NCBI GenBank assembly: GCA_905178155.1 | Contig: CAJINV010000002.1 | Coordinates: 12,828,387 to 12,892,386, forward strand | Direction: 5' to 3' | Length of the DNA: 64,000 bases | From: Amoebophrya sp. A120 | Taxonomy: Eukaryota > Protista > Dinoflagellata | In this document: positions 1 to 12,742 of the stretch, in pieces | How the letters are laid out: the number at the start of each line of letters is the position of its first letter | Numbering within the stretch: the stretch's first letter is position 1 | Program-made: the position numbers and the translations under genes | The notes under the pieces: generated by a model | Told to the model about the DNA's origin: nothing | Seen by the model: only the letters and a program-made list of their open reading frames with translations | The model's database searches: none

Positions 1-862
1 CAGCCTGTTACAACTTGAGGTTGATTGAACAAAAGGGTGTCGTTTTCGTACTTCCCTCTCAGTGTTCCTTCGGTGAGGAACGTCAGGACTTTCTGTTGCG
101 ATGTAGAACGCAGCTCTCTAGTTGATTTATTCGCATATGTTGCTCTGCTGGCCGCTTGCAGTCGGCTTTCGCTTTTGTAACGTTTTGGCATATTTTATTC
201 ATCGTGGCAGTTCGTCGGCAGTACAATGTCCTGGGTCATCAACGTAAAAGAGAAGTTGCACTCTTGATCTGCAACTTTTAGGAGCACGCAGAAAGAAAAA
301 AAGTATTTGAACAAACTAGCACAGGGATGCACGCGAACCAGATCCACCCAGATGTCTTTAGCGCGCCACAAATCTTCACACGCAAATTAGTAAATACCCT
401 TTTATCATCTTCAAGAACGAAGACGATCTTGATGACTTTTGCAAATAGCACGGCTCGTTGTTGGACACTGAATAGAAGGATCTTGGTTGAGGTATCAAAA
501 GCCGGTCTGTCAAACTGATCCCGCCCAGCTTGTTGCCTATCCCTTCATAGCTCGCAAAGTGCCGAACTACTTAGAACTGATTTCTGCACTGATCAACTGC
601 AGTTTTGGAAAGAGAAGCAAAGGTTCCAAAAGTACACTGGCCGTCAAATATTGAATTTCAATTTTGAATACAGCGACTTAGAAGACCTAGTTGTAGGTGT
701 ACTAGTCGATGAAATTGAAGCTGTCCCACTTCTTCATCTACACCAGCAGCTGTCTATCGATGTAAGGAGTAGAATGTGCTGGTAACAATTTCTTTCGTGT
801 TTGTCTACTTTGTGAATTGAAAAAAAAAAGATTTTTACCTAAGATCTTTACTCGCCATAAAA

Positions 863-3800
863 ATGTCAGACGGCGGGCGCGACTTGTCCCTGTCGCGGAG
901 CGCCAAGAACGAAGAGCTATCCTCGTCGGACGTGGAAAACAAGCAGAAGGCCCCCTCCGCCGCGGAAGAGGACCCCGCGCCGGCGGAAAAGGTTACCGCG
1001 AACGGCCATCATGAGGATGAAAAACCCGCGACCAAGCCCGCGGTGGTGTTGGCGCCTGGGGTCGATTATGGATTGCAAATATGTCTGGGTCTGGAAACAT
1101 GTAATGCTGAAAGTGAATCATAGACGCACTGCAATACGCAGCTATGCATGACAATTTTTTTGACTGCCATGTCTTACGTATTCCGCATGGCAAACTGTGT
1201 TTTTGCGCGACAGGTAAGAGGGCCTTTTCGTGCCTATGCAACACAGAGTCTTGAGTCATGCCAGACAAGCATGACAAGTCTCGCAATCTTCCAGACCCAG
1301 ACATTTTTGCATTTGATATCGATCCTGAGGTGATGGCAATCGCGCTGTCCTGGAACAAAACGGACGAAATTGGGTATTACAGTGAAAAATGCCCCCACCC
1401 CCAAATTTGCAATAATTTGTGATGCGAAGTTTCGAAATGAGAACTTTTTGTCATGCATGAAAGGAACATGAATCTTTATGATGCAGAGTCTAGGCGTATA
1501 TAGCGTTGCTTGCATGACAAGCGCCACTCTTGCTGGGATCTTTTGCAATACAAGTTTTCGCTATTCATCACGTTGGACATCTGTGATGCTGGTAGATGCA
1601 AGAGGGCGAGTGTTTCACTTGGAAAGGTTTGCAATACAAAGACTCCCGAGTTCGGGGGTGGGGGCATTTTTCATTGTAATATTGGGAACGACCGGCTGCA
1701 AGCGCGGGAAATGTGGTACAAGTGGGCGAACGCCAACGGCAAAATCTCCGCGGCCTTCGGGGACGTGTGGTATCAAATGCAAAAATGTCTGGGTCTGGAA
1801 ACTTGTGATGCTGGGTGGCGTATCATGATGAGGCCACAAGTGCTGGCCCAGCATGACAAGTTTCTGAGCTTCTAGGTGTTACCTATTCTGCATGACAAAC
1901 TGCGTTCCTGCATGACAGAAAAATGGAGCGGTTGGGTAACGTGCATGACAGATTCAAGAGTCATGCCAGACAAGCATGACAAACATGCATTCTTCCAGAC
2001 CCAGACATTTTTACATTTCATATGTGGCGGGCACTGACGAAACACCGCGAAGTGGAAAAGGAGCAGAAGGCGATATCCTGAGTAAAAACGTACCCACACC
2101 AGAGTTGTAATGCAGATTTGCAAAGACAGGAAGACTTGTAATGCGCATCCCCATGAGAGCCATTTCCAGTCGTGTTTTGGAATTTGTCATGCTGTGAACA
2201 GGATGAGCAGCTGGATTTGTGACGCGGCTGCACTTGCTAACCTGCACTACACTGCAGAGTGCAACTTGTCATGCGTGACTCGCAAAACTCCTAGGTTTGT
2301 GTTGCAAAATCCTCATCCTAACTCTGGCGTGGGTACGTTTTTACTCAGGATAGGCGATCGAGGAGCGGGAGCGGAAGAAAAAGGAACGAGAAGAAAAGCG
2401 CAAAGCCAAGGAGGAGGCCAAGCGAGGTTCGTTAGTTTGCCCTGATGTTGAACAACATGGAACAAACACTTTCTTTACGTTGATTTTGGTCGTGTGGTCC
2501 ATGATGGTATCTATGGTGAGCTGCAAAGTCTATCAAACGTCGTGGGGCTAGAAGATGAAGAAAGACTACTTATTGATACAAATAGGTTACGTACGACTTT
2601 GTATGAGCGGCCATTCGCTTCGTGATCCGGAAAAATTGCCACACAGTTGCCCCCGCTCTTTGGAAATACATTCGCAGTGGTCGTTCTCAAATAAAACTTC
2701 GCTCCTCCTATTCAAATTCAACAGCTGCCCTGGCCGAGAAGGGAAAGGTGTTGCTGGAAGTGGATTTACGGAAAAACCCGCACGACAGCAACTTGCCCGA
2801 GGACGAAGTGATCAAGCGGAAGATGGCCGACGTGGAGAAGTATCAAATGTAAAAATGTCTGGGTCTGGAAACATGTAAACTTCTGATGCGTATTTGAGAC
2901 CAGAAAAAAATCTGTCATGCATGGACCGCAAAAGTTGCTCATTTCTTGCCACCAAAAGAGGAAACTTGTCATGCGGATTAGGCATCGCCTAACCTGCTCA
3001 AAACCTGTGTTGCTAGGACTTGCACGCTAGACCTTCCGTGTCATGCACAAACAGCATCACACTTTTCCAGACCCAGACATTTTTACATTTGATAAGAAGT
3101 GGATCCCAGTTTTCGAGAAGTGCTGCAAGGAGCACACGTTTACGCGCAAGCTCCCCTTCAACATGCTTCACCTGTCGGACGTGATGCAAGCCGAATTCGG
3201 CTTCAAGCCCGACACCTCCGTCTGGGACATCCGCGGCCTCATGCGGCAAGTCGAGCAAACCTACAAGGAAGACGTACTTAAGTTTTAATATGGCCGATCC
3301 TTTTTCAATAGTTCCTGATGATAGAAAGGTTGGTAGATTTCTTGTTTCGATTTCAAATGATGTCCTCCTTAAACTATCCCAATACAACATTCTCCAGCCC
3401 TTTTTCGAGTTCGAAGACGAGGTGATCACGCGCGCGCGCCAGTCGTCCGCGGGACCGTTTCTCGTGTGGCTGAAGTGGCCGCTACGCATCGACCTCACGC
3501 AGGACCCGAACAAGTACCAGACCCAGTTCTACCAGGGCAAGCACCGGAACTTCGCGGAGGAGCATAACCCCGACTGGGCCACTACCAAGGCGGTGGGGGA
3601 TATGGGAGCGTCAGGATTGAAATCGACAAAGTTGAAATGATTTGTCATGCATAAAATGCAAGGCATGAAGTGCCTGTCTTGCCGGGATGGCAAGTGAAGC
3701 AGATTGTGAGCCTATTTAGGGTTTGGGATAGAGCTGCTAAAGGAGCATGACAAAAGCAGTCCTCTGTGCCCAAACAGCATGACAAATTGGATTCCGGTGC

Positions 3801-6800
3801 TCCGAACATTTGTCATGCGCCGCTTGGAAATTGGTGTTCCAACTGGTATCCGTTTTATGCATTACAAATTATTTCAACTTGGTCGATTTCAATCCTGACA
3901 CTCCCATAGGGGACAGCCGGGAGGGCTTCGAGTTTTCCAAAAACGCCATGATGGAGCAGTTTGAAAAAACTATCAAAGTGAAAAATCCCCCCTCCCCATA
4001 TCGGAAACGGAAGATGCGCGAACTTGTGATGGTGTATTTGAGTACACAAATCGACTTGTATTGCTAGAAGGCCAAGAGACGAAGCTGCGGCCCAAATTGC
4101 AGGCAATCTGTCATGCTGTTTCCCACTTCCAGTTGCCTCCTGTCATCGTGGAGCTGCAAGGCTTTCCCAGGCTAGACAGCACTACAGTCTGCGTCTTTTG
4201 CCTTCTAGCATCACAAAGCTGATTTGTGACCACGAATCTGCATCACAGATTTCCGTTTTGATATGGGGAGGGGGCATTTTTCATTGTAATAAAATCGCTG
4301 CAGAAAATGTGCGACGAGGGGCTGCCCGCACCGCTGCCGCTGCCGGCGAAAGAGGTACTGATTTCATGCCATGCCTTTGCATGGTTTTATGCATGACAAA
4401 TTTGCGAACTTCTATTTTTTTACTTCATCCCGATCGCAGCCTGCAGCTATCATTTCCAGCACATGTCAGGGGATAAGATATTGATGAGGGATTTTTGAAC
4501 AACATACTCGGATAGAGACACAATGTTCATCAAGATCAAAAAATACTACAAATTACGATGGTATAATGGTGTACCATCTACTTGGAGGTCGCATACTACC
4601 AAGTAATTTACAGCCGCTCGTCCTGCCTGGTTGTACGACAGCTATGAAATAACAAAAACACGGATGGAAAAGAAACAGGATTGTTGAATGATCACAATGC
4701 AATGGATGAAGGCCTCCATATTACAATTTGAATTTCCAAAACGAAATAATTCAGGTGATGCGTACGATGTTGAACGAGAAACCGGAGATGCAGATTTTGA
4801 ACTCCGAGTTTATGCAAACCAGCGACATGCTGGCGGAGGCTCGCCGCCGGGGATATGTCCAGATGGACCGGGAAGACATTATCTGGGTCAAGTTTCCCTA
4901 CACCAGCAAGACGAACCCGCGACCGAGCAAAAACCCGCGGTTCGCCGCGGGGAAGCTGTCCAACTACGACCTGGACCGCGGGTTCGGCAAGGGCAAGGGC
5001 AAAAAGGGGAAGTACGAGTGGGAGCTGAACCGCAAAGACTCGCCGGCGCGCGAAGCCACGGTGCAGACTCGCAACGACGTGGATATGCGGGAAAAAAGAA
5101 GCAAGAGTCGGGACCGCGGTGACAGGCCGCGGGGTGGTCGGGGTCGCAGCGATTCCAGGCGCCGCCGCGACATCGACCGCACTAACGATGCCCCGAAGAA
5201 GGGTGGATCCCGATACGACGACGCACCGCAGAGTACTAAACCCGAACGCGGCGGACTCGCGCCCCCGCCCGGGCCCCCGCCGGCCATTAACAAGTGGGAC
5301 AACTACGAAACAGCCAAGGATCGCAAACGTATATATAATGCGCTGTTTTCTTTACGCTTTTGCTTTGGCGCGATGATTGATACAGAGTTTGGGCCAGTTG
5401 TATCTTTGCGGTTGGACGAAAATGAAGCTGTACCCTGTTCCGGCCTATTGAGCAGTACAACAGAGATTCGCTATGCTTTATTTTCAGACGATCAAATTCG
5501 AAATTCAAATTTCAACTTGTCAGCCCCGAAAAGATTCGAATCGCGTGGGGAACACCGTCGAGGAAATAAAATGCGCGACACCTCAGCACCGCGTGGAGGC
5601 CGTGGCGGACCACCGGTATTGCTTTTCAAGTTGATAGATGCCCACCCTTGATATGCTAGGAGTAATAAATTCTATGTCTGTGTCATCGAAAAATGGAAAT
5701 AAAAATCTCGCAGCAAAATAACATGAAACCGCACTGGCATGCACCTGTGTTTTGAGATCGTGAGTCCTTGCCTTGGACAACAGGAAAGCATAATTCCTTG
5801 GCTCAACTACAAACAAGTTTTCCGAAAACACACTACAACAGGATAACAAGCGTCGTCGTGACAGTCGTGGAGCTGGCGGACGTGACCGCGAGGAGCCGCC
5901 CCAGAAGCGAAGACGGGAGGATTCTCGTGAGCGCAAGGGCAAGGGCAAGGGTCGTGAGGATTCGCGCGAACGGAAGGGCAGGGGAAAAGGCCGTGACGAC
6001 TCTCGTGACCGAAAAGGGAAGGGCAAAGGCCGTGATGACTCTCGTGACCGCAAGGGGAAGGGCAAAGGACGTGACGACTCCCGTGACCGCAAGGGCAAAG
6101 GCAAAGACCGCGACGACTCCCGGGACCGCAAGGGAAAGGGGAAGCAGGGGCGTGACGATTCCCGGGACCGCAAGGGGAAAGGAAAGCAGGATCGCGACAC
6201 CTCGCGCGGGCGGAAAGGCGAGATGACGAAGGGCCGGGAAAAAGATCGTGACGACTCCCGGGACCGCAAGGGAAAGGGAAAGAACAACCGCTCTCCATCT
6301 ACCCGTGATCGCAAAAACCGCGACCCTTCGCGCGACCGACGACCGCCAACCCCGAAGGGCCGCGGCAAGGACCGGTCGGAATCTCGCGGTGGTCGCAAGG
6401 GCGCAGGAGCACCACCCGCTGCGGGCAAGGATCGCTCGCGTTCCCGCGACGCACCGGCAGCTGCGCGCGGTGGCCGCAAGGACAGCCGCGGTCCGGCAAA
6501 GGGCTCGGGCAAGAGAGACCGGTCGGCCCCGCGAGGCGGTCGATCCCCACCCCGCGACCGCTCCCCGCCACGAAATGCTCCGCGGGGCGGCCGCGACACC
6601 AGCCGTGGACCGGCGCGCGGCCGCGAGCCGCCGGCCCGGGAACCCGCACGACGCGATGACCGGGAGGAGCGCGGTCGGCGGGACGAACCCAGAGCGCGGT
6701 CCGAAAGACGCGGTGGGTCCGCGAGACGCGGCGGGTCCGAAAGACGCGGCAACGACCGGGACCGACGCCCGCCCAGTCGCGGACGGGGGCGGGACGCGCC

Positions 6801-6828
6801 GCCGCCACGGGACTCGCGCCGTCGGTGA
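863..6828 (+). CDS. Multi-exon hypothetical protein with long Arg/Asp/Ser/Gly/Lys-rich C-terminus (RS/RD-like, possibly RNA-associated)
   Basis: Frame is continuous after removing 7 TIR introners (+5 nt each) and several further introns, mostly GT-AG (e.g. 4355-4754): ...APGVDPEVMAIALSWNKTDEIGNDRLQAREMWYKW...FGDVWRALTKHREVEKEQKAIEERERK...; last exon ends TGA 6828. Confidence 0.7.
1067..1318. mobile_element. Introner/MITE family A (TIR TATCAAATG(C/T)AAAAATGTCTGGGTCTGGAA)
   Basis: TIRs at both ends (left one degenerate), DR TCGAT; removal gives GVD|PEV in frame. Confidence 0.9.
1375..1681. mobile_element. Introner family B (TIR TAT(T/C)ACAGTGAAAAATGCCCCCACCCCC)
   Basis: TIRs, DR TTGGG; removal gives EIG|NDR. 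Confidence 0.9.
1771..2022. mobile_element. Introner family A
   Basis: TIRs, DR TGTGG; removal gives DVW|RAL. Confidence 0.9.
2074..2352. mobile_element. Introner family C (TIR TATCCTGAGTAAAAACGT)
   Basis: TIRs, DR GGCGA; removal gives QKAIEER. Confidence 0.9.
2841..3094. mobile_element. Introner family A
   Basis: TIRs, DR AGAAG; removal gives VEK|WIP. Confidence 0.9.
3601..3908. mobile_element. Introner family D (TIR TATGG(G/A)AG(C/T)GTCAGGATTGAAAT)
   Basis: TIRs, DR GGGGA; removal gives VGDSRE; similar to 10297-10604. Confidence 0.9.
3971..4291. mobile_element. Introner family B-related
   Basis: TIRs, imperfect DR AAAAC/AAATC; removal keeps frame (FEK-T/S-LQKM). Confidence 0.85.
5917..6285 (+). 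repeat. Coding tandem repeat, 39-nt unit (DDSRDRKGKGKGR)
   Basis: About 9 imperfect copies, e.g. units starting at 5995 and 6034. Confidence 0.85.
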
Positions 6829-7918
6829 GGGAGCTGGTGCTGGATTCGAGTTTGATCTTTCTCGGTGCGGACGCAGGACGTTGACCATTTTTTATGACAC
6901 GGATGTCGTGAAAGAAAACACGGCAGACGAACCCTTTTCCCTGAAAAATTGACGATTGTACTACTAGAACAAGTAACTACTAAAATTTTATATGAGTAGG
7001 AGTTGCAGCTGCGCATGCTATGCCTATCGCATGAACAAGGGTCAACGACCGAAGCATCGCATGAAGGACAACTACGAAGCAGGCAATAGTACTATGCATG
7101 AAGGGTCAACGACCGAAATCCAAGAAATCAAATGATCCGCAATCACCGCTGTCTGCCGGAGTACGGTAATTATAAAGAAGATGATTTAATAAATGTAGAG
7201 CTGGAAAAATGAAAATCTTCAACAAAACCACGCGAGAGGCACAAGATTTGTATCTAGGTATTTGCGGCCGGACGCAGCTTCCAACGCAAAAGATACTATA
7301 CTTACAACAGTTAGAGAGTATGGAGACAGCACTAGCCTCCTCACCGAGTACTTCACCCTCACACATGAACCCCCCATGACGAAAAATTTTTCCCGAAAAA
7401 TTTGTAGCCCACCGCCCAACATTGTTTCACTTTTTGAAATCAAAATCAAGTTCAAAAGATTTGAAGAACAAGTATATGCTTGTACGCCAACTTGCAGCTG
7501 CATGTGTCGTGTTTGTAACTTTGAGTGCTAGATGAAGAGGAGCACAAAGAAGTCTGGTGTGGATCCTATACATCCTGTACATGCTGTACTTCTTGTTTGC
7601 GTTCATTGGTTCATCTTTCTCAATGTGTGGATGCGCTGTAGGTTTTCGTGCTGTCAGATGGGCTCCCTCAGAGAGAGGCAATATTTTTGTTCGCTCACAT
7701 GATATTCGCCTGGCCTTTGCACTCCACGGACCGACAGCCACTGTGAAGTCGGATTATTTTTCGGATTCGCGGGGAATCCATTTTGAGACGGGATACCTGC
7801 GTGGCGTTATCATTGGTTGATTCCGCAAAGCGAGCAGCGAGAGAACCTTCAACATGCTCGTCATGGCAAACTGCAGTATGAGTAAACAAAAATTAACATT
7901 TCACTTGCAAAGAAAAAG

Positions 7919-9450
7919 ATGAATCAGCGTCAAGTTCTCTGGTCTCCCAACGTGCGCGCGGTCCGGGCGCGAGCAGTTCAGGATGCGCGCGCGCGTATCT
8001 TCAACGATGTGGAGAAGAAGGTCGGGGAGCACATGTTCCGCAGGCCTCTGGAGGGGCCGCGGTTGAATCGCCATTATTTCCCGTCCAAATTTCAGTTCCA
8101 GAGCTTTCACTTGGACGAGTACTACGACATGCAAGAAGCGCGGTTTGACCCGGAAGTGGTAGCCTACCGGCGACGGCAGCTGTGGGCCGACGACACAGCA
8201 GACCGGACCGAATGGATGCAGCGCATGCAGAGGGTCCTGGACAAAGTGCAGGCGGCGCGAAGGAGAGGCGTAGATTTGAAAGCCATGCTTGACGAGAAAA
8301 CTCGAGCGCACGTCGACCTGTTGTTTTCGAGTGACCCGCGAAAGAAACGTAAGGAAACCGACGTCCCTGCTACCGCACAAGATGTTGAAATTATAAATGT
8401 ACGGTCTGTTCTGTCCCGCCAGGAAATTTTGGAGCTGCGTGAGGTGCTGGCTGTTGCGGACCAGATGCTGCCACTGGAGGCAACTACAACGTGTGCTGGC
8501 CCAGACGATACTTCATCTGCCGCCAAAAATCCGCCGGCTGCGGCTTCGAGAGAAAGTTGCGAAGAAGTAGCTGCGGTCCCGCTTCTTGCTGGTGGAAGTC
8601 AAGAGAGAGTCGTCGGCGACGCCGATGTTTCCACTGCTGCGCCGGACAGCGCTGGCGAAGTAAGCGGGGAACAAGAGGATGAAAATGGGGCGAGGAGCAC
8701 GGAAAACAAAGCGGCGAAAAAGCTGGTCCGTCATAGGTTTGTAGATCCGATGTACCGACGGCGGCGACTAAAGTGGCTGGAGCGGTTCTGCTATCAAATG
8801 TAAAAATGTCTGGGTCTGGAAGCTTGCCAGGTTTGTCATGCATATTCTGAAAGACTCATGATGTCTGTGATGCATGCTCTAGCATGACAGATTTTAGAGG
8901 CCTTTGTGATGCCTCTACCGCATGAGAAATGCCCTCTCCGGGTAGCACAAACTGGAGTTCTGTTGCTGGTCATGCAATGCAAATTTTTTTAGAATCCAGA
9001 GACAGCATCACAAGTTCCAACCTTCCAGACCCAGACATTTTTACATTTGATATCTGCCGGGGATTGCACAGGAAGAAAGAGAAACAGTACAACCCCTACT
9101 ACCTTACGCACCCAGACGAGAAGCCTGTGTGGCCGGACAACCTCTATCAAATGCAAAAATGTCTGGGTCTGGAAGAATGCAAGATTTGTCATTCATATTT
9201 CTCATGGATCATAATGCCTGTAATGCTTGGCCTAGCATCGCAGACATTTAGAGGGCTTTCTGATGCACCTTCCGCATGAGAAATGCCCTATCCGTGTAGC
9301 AAAAACTGCACCCCTCTTGCTGGTCACGCAATACAATTTTTTTTAGAGTCCAGAAACAGCATGACAAGTTGCAATCTTCCAGACCCAGACACTTTTGCAG
9401 TTGACAACCTCGGCAGTGTCACCATTCGGTGGCCGAATCCGGCGGCATGA
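7919..9450 (+). CDS. Mitochondrial ribosomal protein mS33/Rsm27-like N-terminus with extension
   Basis: Motif RARIF...GEHMFRRPLEGPRLNRHYFP resembles mS33 (SARIF...G.K.LR..L.GP....YYP), by eye only; two introners removed give ...ERFCRGLHRK...PDNLGSVTIRWPNPAA*. Confidence 0.5.
8792..9052. mobile_element. Introner family A
   Basis: TIRs, DR TCTGC. Confidence 0.9.
9145..9406. mobile_element. Introner family A
   Basis: TIRs (right end ...TTGACA), DR ACCTC; core similar to 8792-9052. Confidence 0.9.
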
Positions 9451-10023
9451 GGGATGTGAAGATCTAGTCTACATGTCTAAAATATTAAATTATATAAAGC
9501 GCTTTTTCTTTCGGCGTCGGATGGTCAAGAACACTTCTATCGATGACGCTATTAGCAGGTTTTGGTTCACGTACAACATGCGTTGAAGACGTATGAAGAA
9601 ATCAGGTTTTGGTGCAGTTCCTGAGCAAGAACGGGTCTCGGCCTACAGATACAGAACGATACAGAGTATGGAACAATGTCGTACTTCCGGCAGCAGTGTC
9701 CTCGTTCTTTTTCGTGTACGTGTTCTCAATTTTCACAACAAAAACATTATGCGACGGACCACCTCTTGTCTTTGGCTAAGTAGACCGCACCTGCGAACAG
9801 GCTTTTGGTCCCGATCGTTTCTGTTTTGCCTACTGGAGCACGCTTTCCGTTTGACACTCTTGCCTGTCACAATCCCGCCCACGATACCGTTTCTACTGCT
9901 TGCGTCTTCTACTGGAGCACTTCTACTGAGGCGCGAATCGCGCTGGGTCAGCAGCACCAAATGGCCTCTTTGAATTCATCGAGAGTGAACGCGGCCACTT
10001 GAAACAAGGTTTCAGAACTTACT

Positions 10024-12742
10024 ATGCCTGGCCGGTCAGGTATCCAAGAAAAAAACATTGTAGGTGTAACTTTCTTGGAAGATTAGCATGACAAATATCT
10101 CTCGCATGACAGCAAAAACCTGTCATGCGCAGATGCTACGTGAAAACGCCCTTTGATGAACCCTACGATGCATGCCAAGCATGACAGACGCAATCAGCTT
10201 GAATGTTGCGCATCACAAATTTACACTAACAACGTTTTTTTCTTGGATATCAGGAGGTGCTGTCTCGTCGCCCGAGGATCACGATAACGAGGAAAGTATG
10301 GAAGTGTCAGGATTGAAATGGACAAAGTTGAAATAATTTCTCATGCATAAATTGCAAGGCATGAAGTGCCTCTCTTGCAGGGATGGCAAGTGAGGCCGAC
10401 TGTCAGCCTGTTTGGGGTCTGCGGTAGAGCTGCTAAAGTAGCATGACAAAAGCCTTCTTCTGTCCCTAAACAGCATGACAAACTGGATTTAGACGGTGCT
10501 GAAATTTGTCATGCGCCGCTTGGAAATTGGTCTTCCAACTGGTATCCATTTTATGCATGGCAAATTATTTCAACTTTGTCGATTTCAAACCTGACAGCTC
10601 CATAGAAAGTCTGTACCGGCACCTCGAGGCCCTGCGCGTCGCGGAAGAAGAGAAAACGCGTCCGCGGGCTTTAGCAGCTGTGTTTGACCCGTCCGGGAAC
10701 CAGCACAGCACCAGCGACAAATTGCAAAGGCCGTCCTCGTCCTCCGCCGCCGGGGTAGTAGTACAACTCGGCAGCACCTCCCTGAGTCCAAACACGAGGA
10801 GCAAGCAAGAGATGCGCGCCTCGGTGCAGCATCTCCTGTTTGCCCGCCAGAAAGCCGAGGTCCGCGTGAACGTGTACCACCTTGGACAGTCCAAAATTAT
10901 CCAGGGGTTCAACAACTTTTCGGGTTTCGGGTTTTCGAATGCGACTGACACCAGCACAGCCTCCACGGCGACAACGAAAAAATCTGGGCAGCAAACGAAT
11001 TCCGTCGCAGGGGGCGTGTACCACTCCGGCGTGGAAATTTTCGGAAAAGAATACAGCTACGGGATGACGTTTTGCAAGGTGTCCACGGGTGTCATGAGCG
11101 ACAACACGCCGCGCGTGCACGAAGATCACACGTTCTTGGAGTCCATCGTGATTGGAGACTGCTTCCTGTCCGAATACGAACTGCATAATATGCACCACAA
11201 TTTTTTTTAGAAATTCACATATGTACTATACGCATGCATGCAAATCATGAAGAAAAAGGACCAAGATAATATGCTGCGCTCACGGTTTCGCTTCTGACCC
11301 ATACGCCGTATGGCGAGCTGTTCGGGCTAGTATGCACTCCACATCAATTTTTGCAGTATTGCAGCATGCAGAAGTATATGTTGATGTGCTAGCTTTTTTT
11401 GGAGGATACGCAAGATTATGCAGGAGGAATTTTTCGGGAACGCGAAGTGGCTGGGGAAGAACTACAACATTCTGCGCCAAAACTGTCACCACTTCATACC
11501 AAACTGAAGAGCGCGCCGCCCGGAGAAGAGACAAATATTTGCATTTTTTCTAAACAAGTCTGCTGCAAAAGGAAATTTGAATAATATTGGCTTTTGCATA
11601 CGGCCAGCAAGGACAGCCGGAACTCAGCATATTTTTCCCCAGCATGATCGATGCCTTCAAGTCGGAAGCATCTTTTCTACAGGAACAGGGAAGGTACTAC
11701 CGCCCTTGCTGCGCGTCTCTGCATCGCCAGATTTTCGCCCTTCCTTGTCCTTCTGGCGTTGTAGGGGTGCCTTTGTTCACTCTGATAGTTCAGTGATGCG
11801 CTTCTGCAGAGGCTGGACCCGACCTTTCGCTTGCCGGCGCATTTGAACGCGCTGGCCGGGACCTTGTTGGATGCCACGACAAGCATTGCGGGAAACTCGG
11901 CAAGAGGCGACGAGAGCGACGGCGATGCGTCTGAAAATGCAGGCGGCAACGACCGGATAAGAGCGATACAGCAGGCTTCGAGGCAGGAGAGTCACAGTGG
12001 GTGGTTTTCCGCAATCCTGGGGTCACCACCTGCCAGCGACGAGGAACGCAGTCCGTACACCCGAGGTAGGGCGGCTGCTGAAACAGCTGCAACTCATGCA
12101 TATGGTACTAACGCTTTCATCGGTCGGGAGCAGCACGGTAAGACAAATTTAGAGCAGACCTTGTTCTTTCACACGCCCGTGGGAAGCGCGAATTCCATGT
12201 CTGGGACCACAGACTCTGCCGTGAAAAGTCACGTCCGCATGCCGTTCCCAACCTCCTCCTCAGCCTCGACAACAGGAACCTCTACCAGTTCCTATCATGC
12301 ACCAAATTCTACATTTGGCACCACCAGTGCACCACTCCACCCGAGCGTGACCAGTGCGTACAGCCACCCCGACACCGCGGTGGTGTCGGGACAGAGCAGT
12401 GTCTTTGGCTGGGATCAGCCTGCCGGTCCGGCAGGGAGCAACGAACCGTATAATGATTATTTCCCACAGCAGTTACGCCCGCACATGGACCAAACAAGAA
12501 ATAGGCACCCCGTCTTCGACGAAGCGTATTACAACGCAAACAACTACTTGCGAGGAGAAGATGATGATCCAAGGAATGGAAGAGGGGCTCCACCCGGTAA
12601 AATCCCCGTCGCAGCGACAGCAGGCACAGCGCAATACTTCGCCCAGGGCGCAGAGGATTTTACCCCGGTTAGTTACGCCACGAGTGCCAGAGGCCCACCC
12701 CAGAATCTCGACCTGTTCCCGAAACCCAAGCGGCGGCCTTGA
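10024..12742 (+). CDS. DeSI/PPPDE family cysteine peptidase (deSUMOylase/deubiquitinase-like)
   Basis: VRVNVYHL, GVYHSGVEIFGKEYSYG, YNILRQNCHHFSDALLQRL...LPAHLNALA (His/Cys dyad), assembled across four TA...TA introns. Confidence 0.9.
10041..10249. mobile_element. Introner family E (TIR TATCCAAGAAAAAAAC)
   Basis: TIRs, DR TCAGG. Confidence 0.9.
10297..10604. mobile_element. Introner family D
   Basis: TIRs, DR GAAAG; removal gives EESLYRH. Confidence 0.9.
11189..11408. mobile_element. Decayed introner
   Basis: TAT...ATA ends, 9/12 terminal inverted match, flanks CATAA/CGCAA; element+5 nt removal gives ELHKIMQEE. Confidence 0.65.
11497..11787. mobile_element. Decayed introner (family B-like)
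   Basis: TAC...ATA ends, flanks CTTCA/GTTCA; removal restores the conserved NCHHFSDAL motif. Confidence 0.75.

Noticed and set aside
1771-2352. Tc1/mariner MITEs with TA target duplication
   Set aside because: Treating TA as the TSD breaks the host reading frame; a variable 5-bp duplication lies outside the TA in every young copy.
5583-7016. Long minus-strand ORFs (477 and 351 aa)
   Set aside because: Antisense shadows of the GC-rich repetitive + strand exon.
7025-7120. Duplicated AAGGGTCAACGACCGAA
   Set aside because: Two short local copies only; no element boundaries evident.
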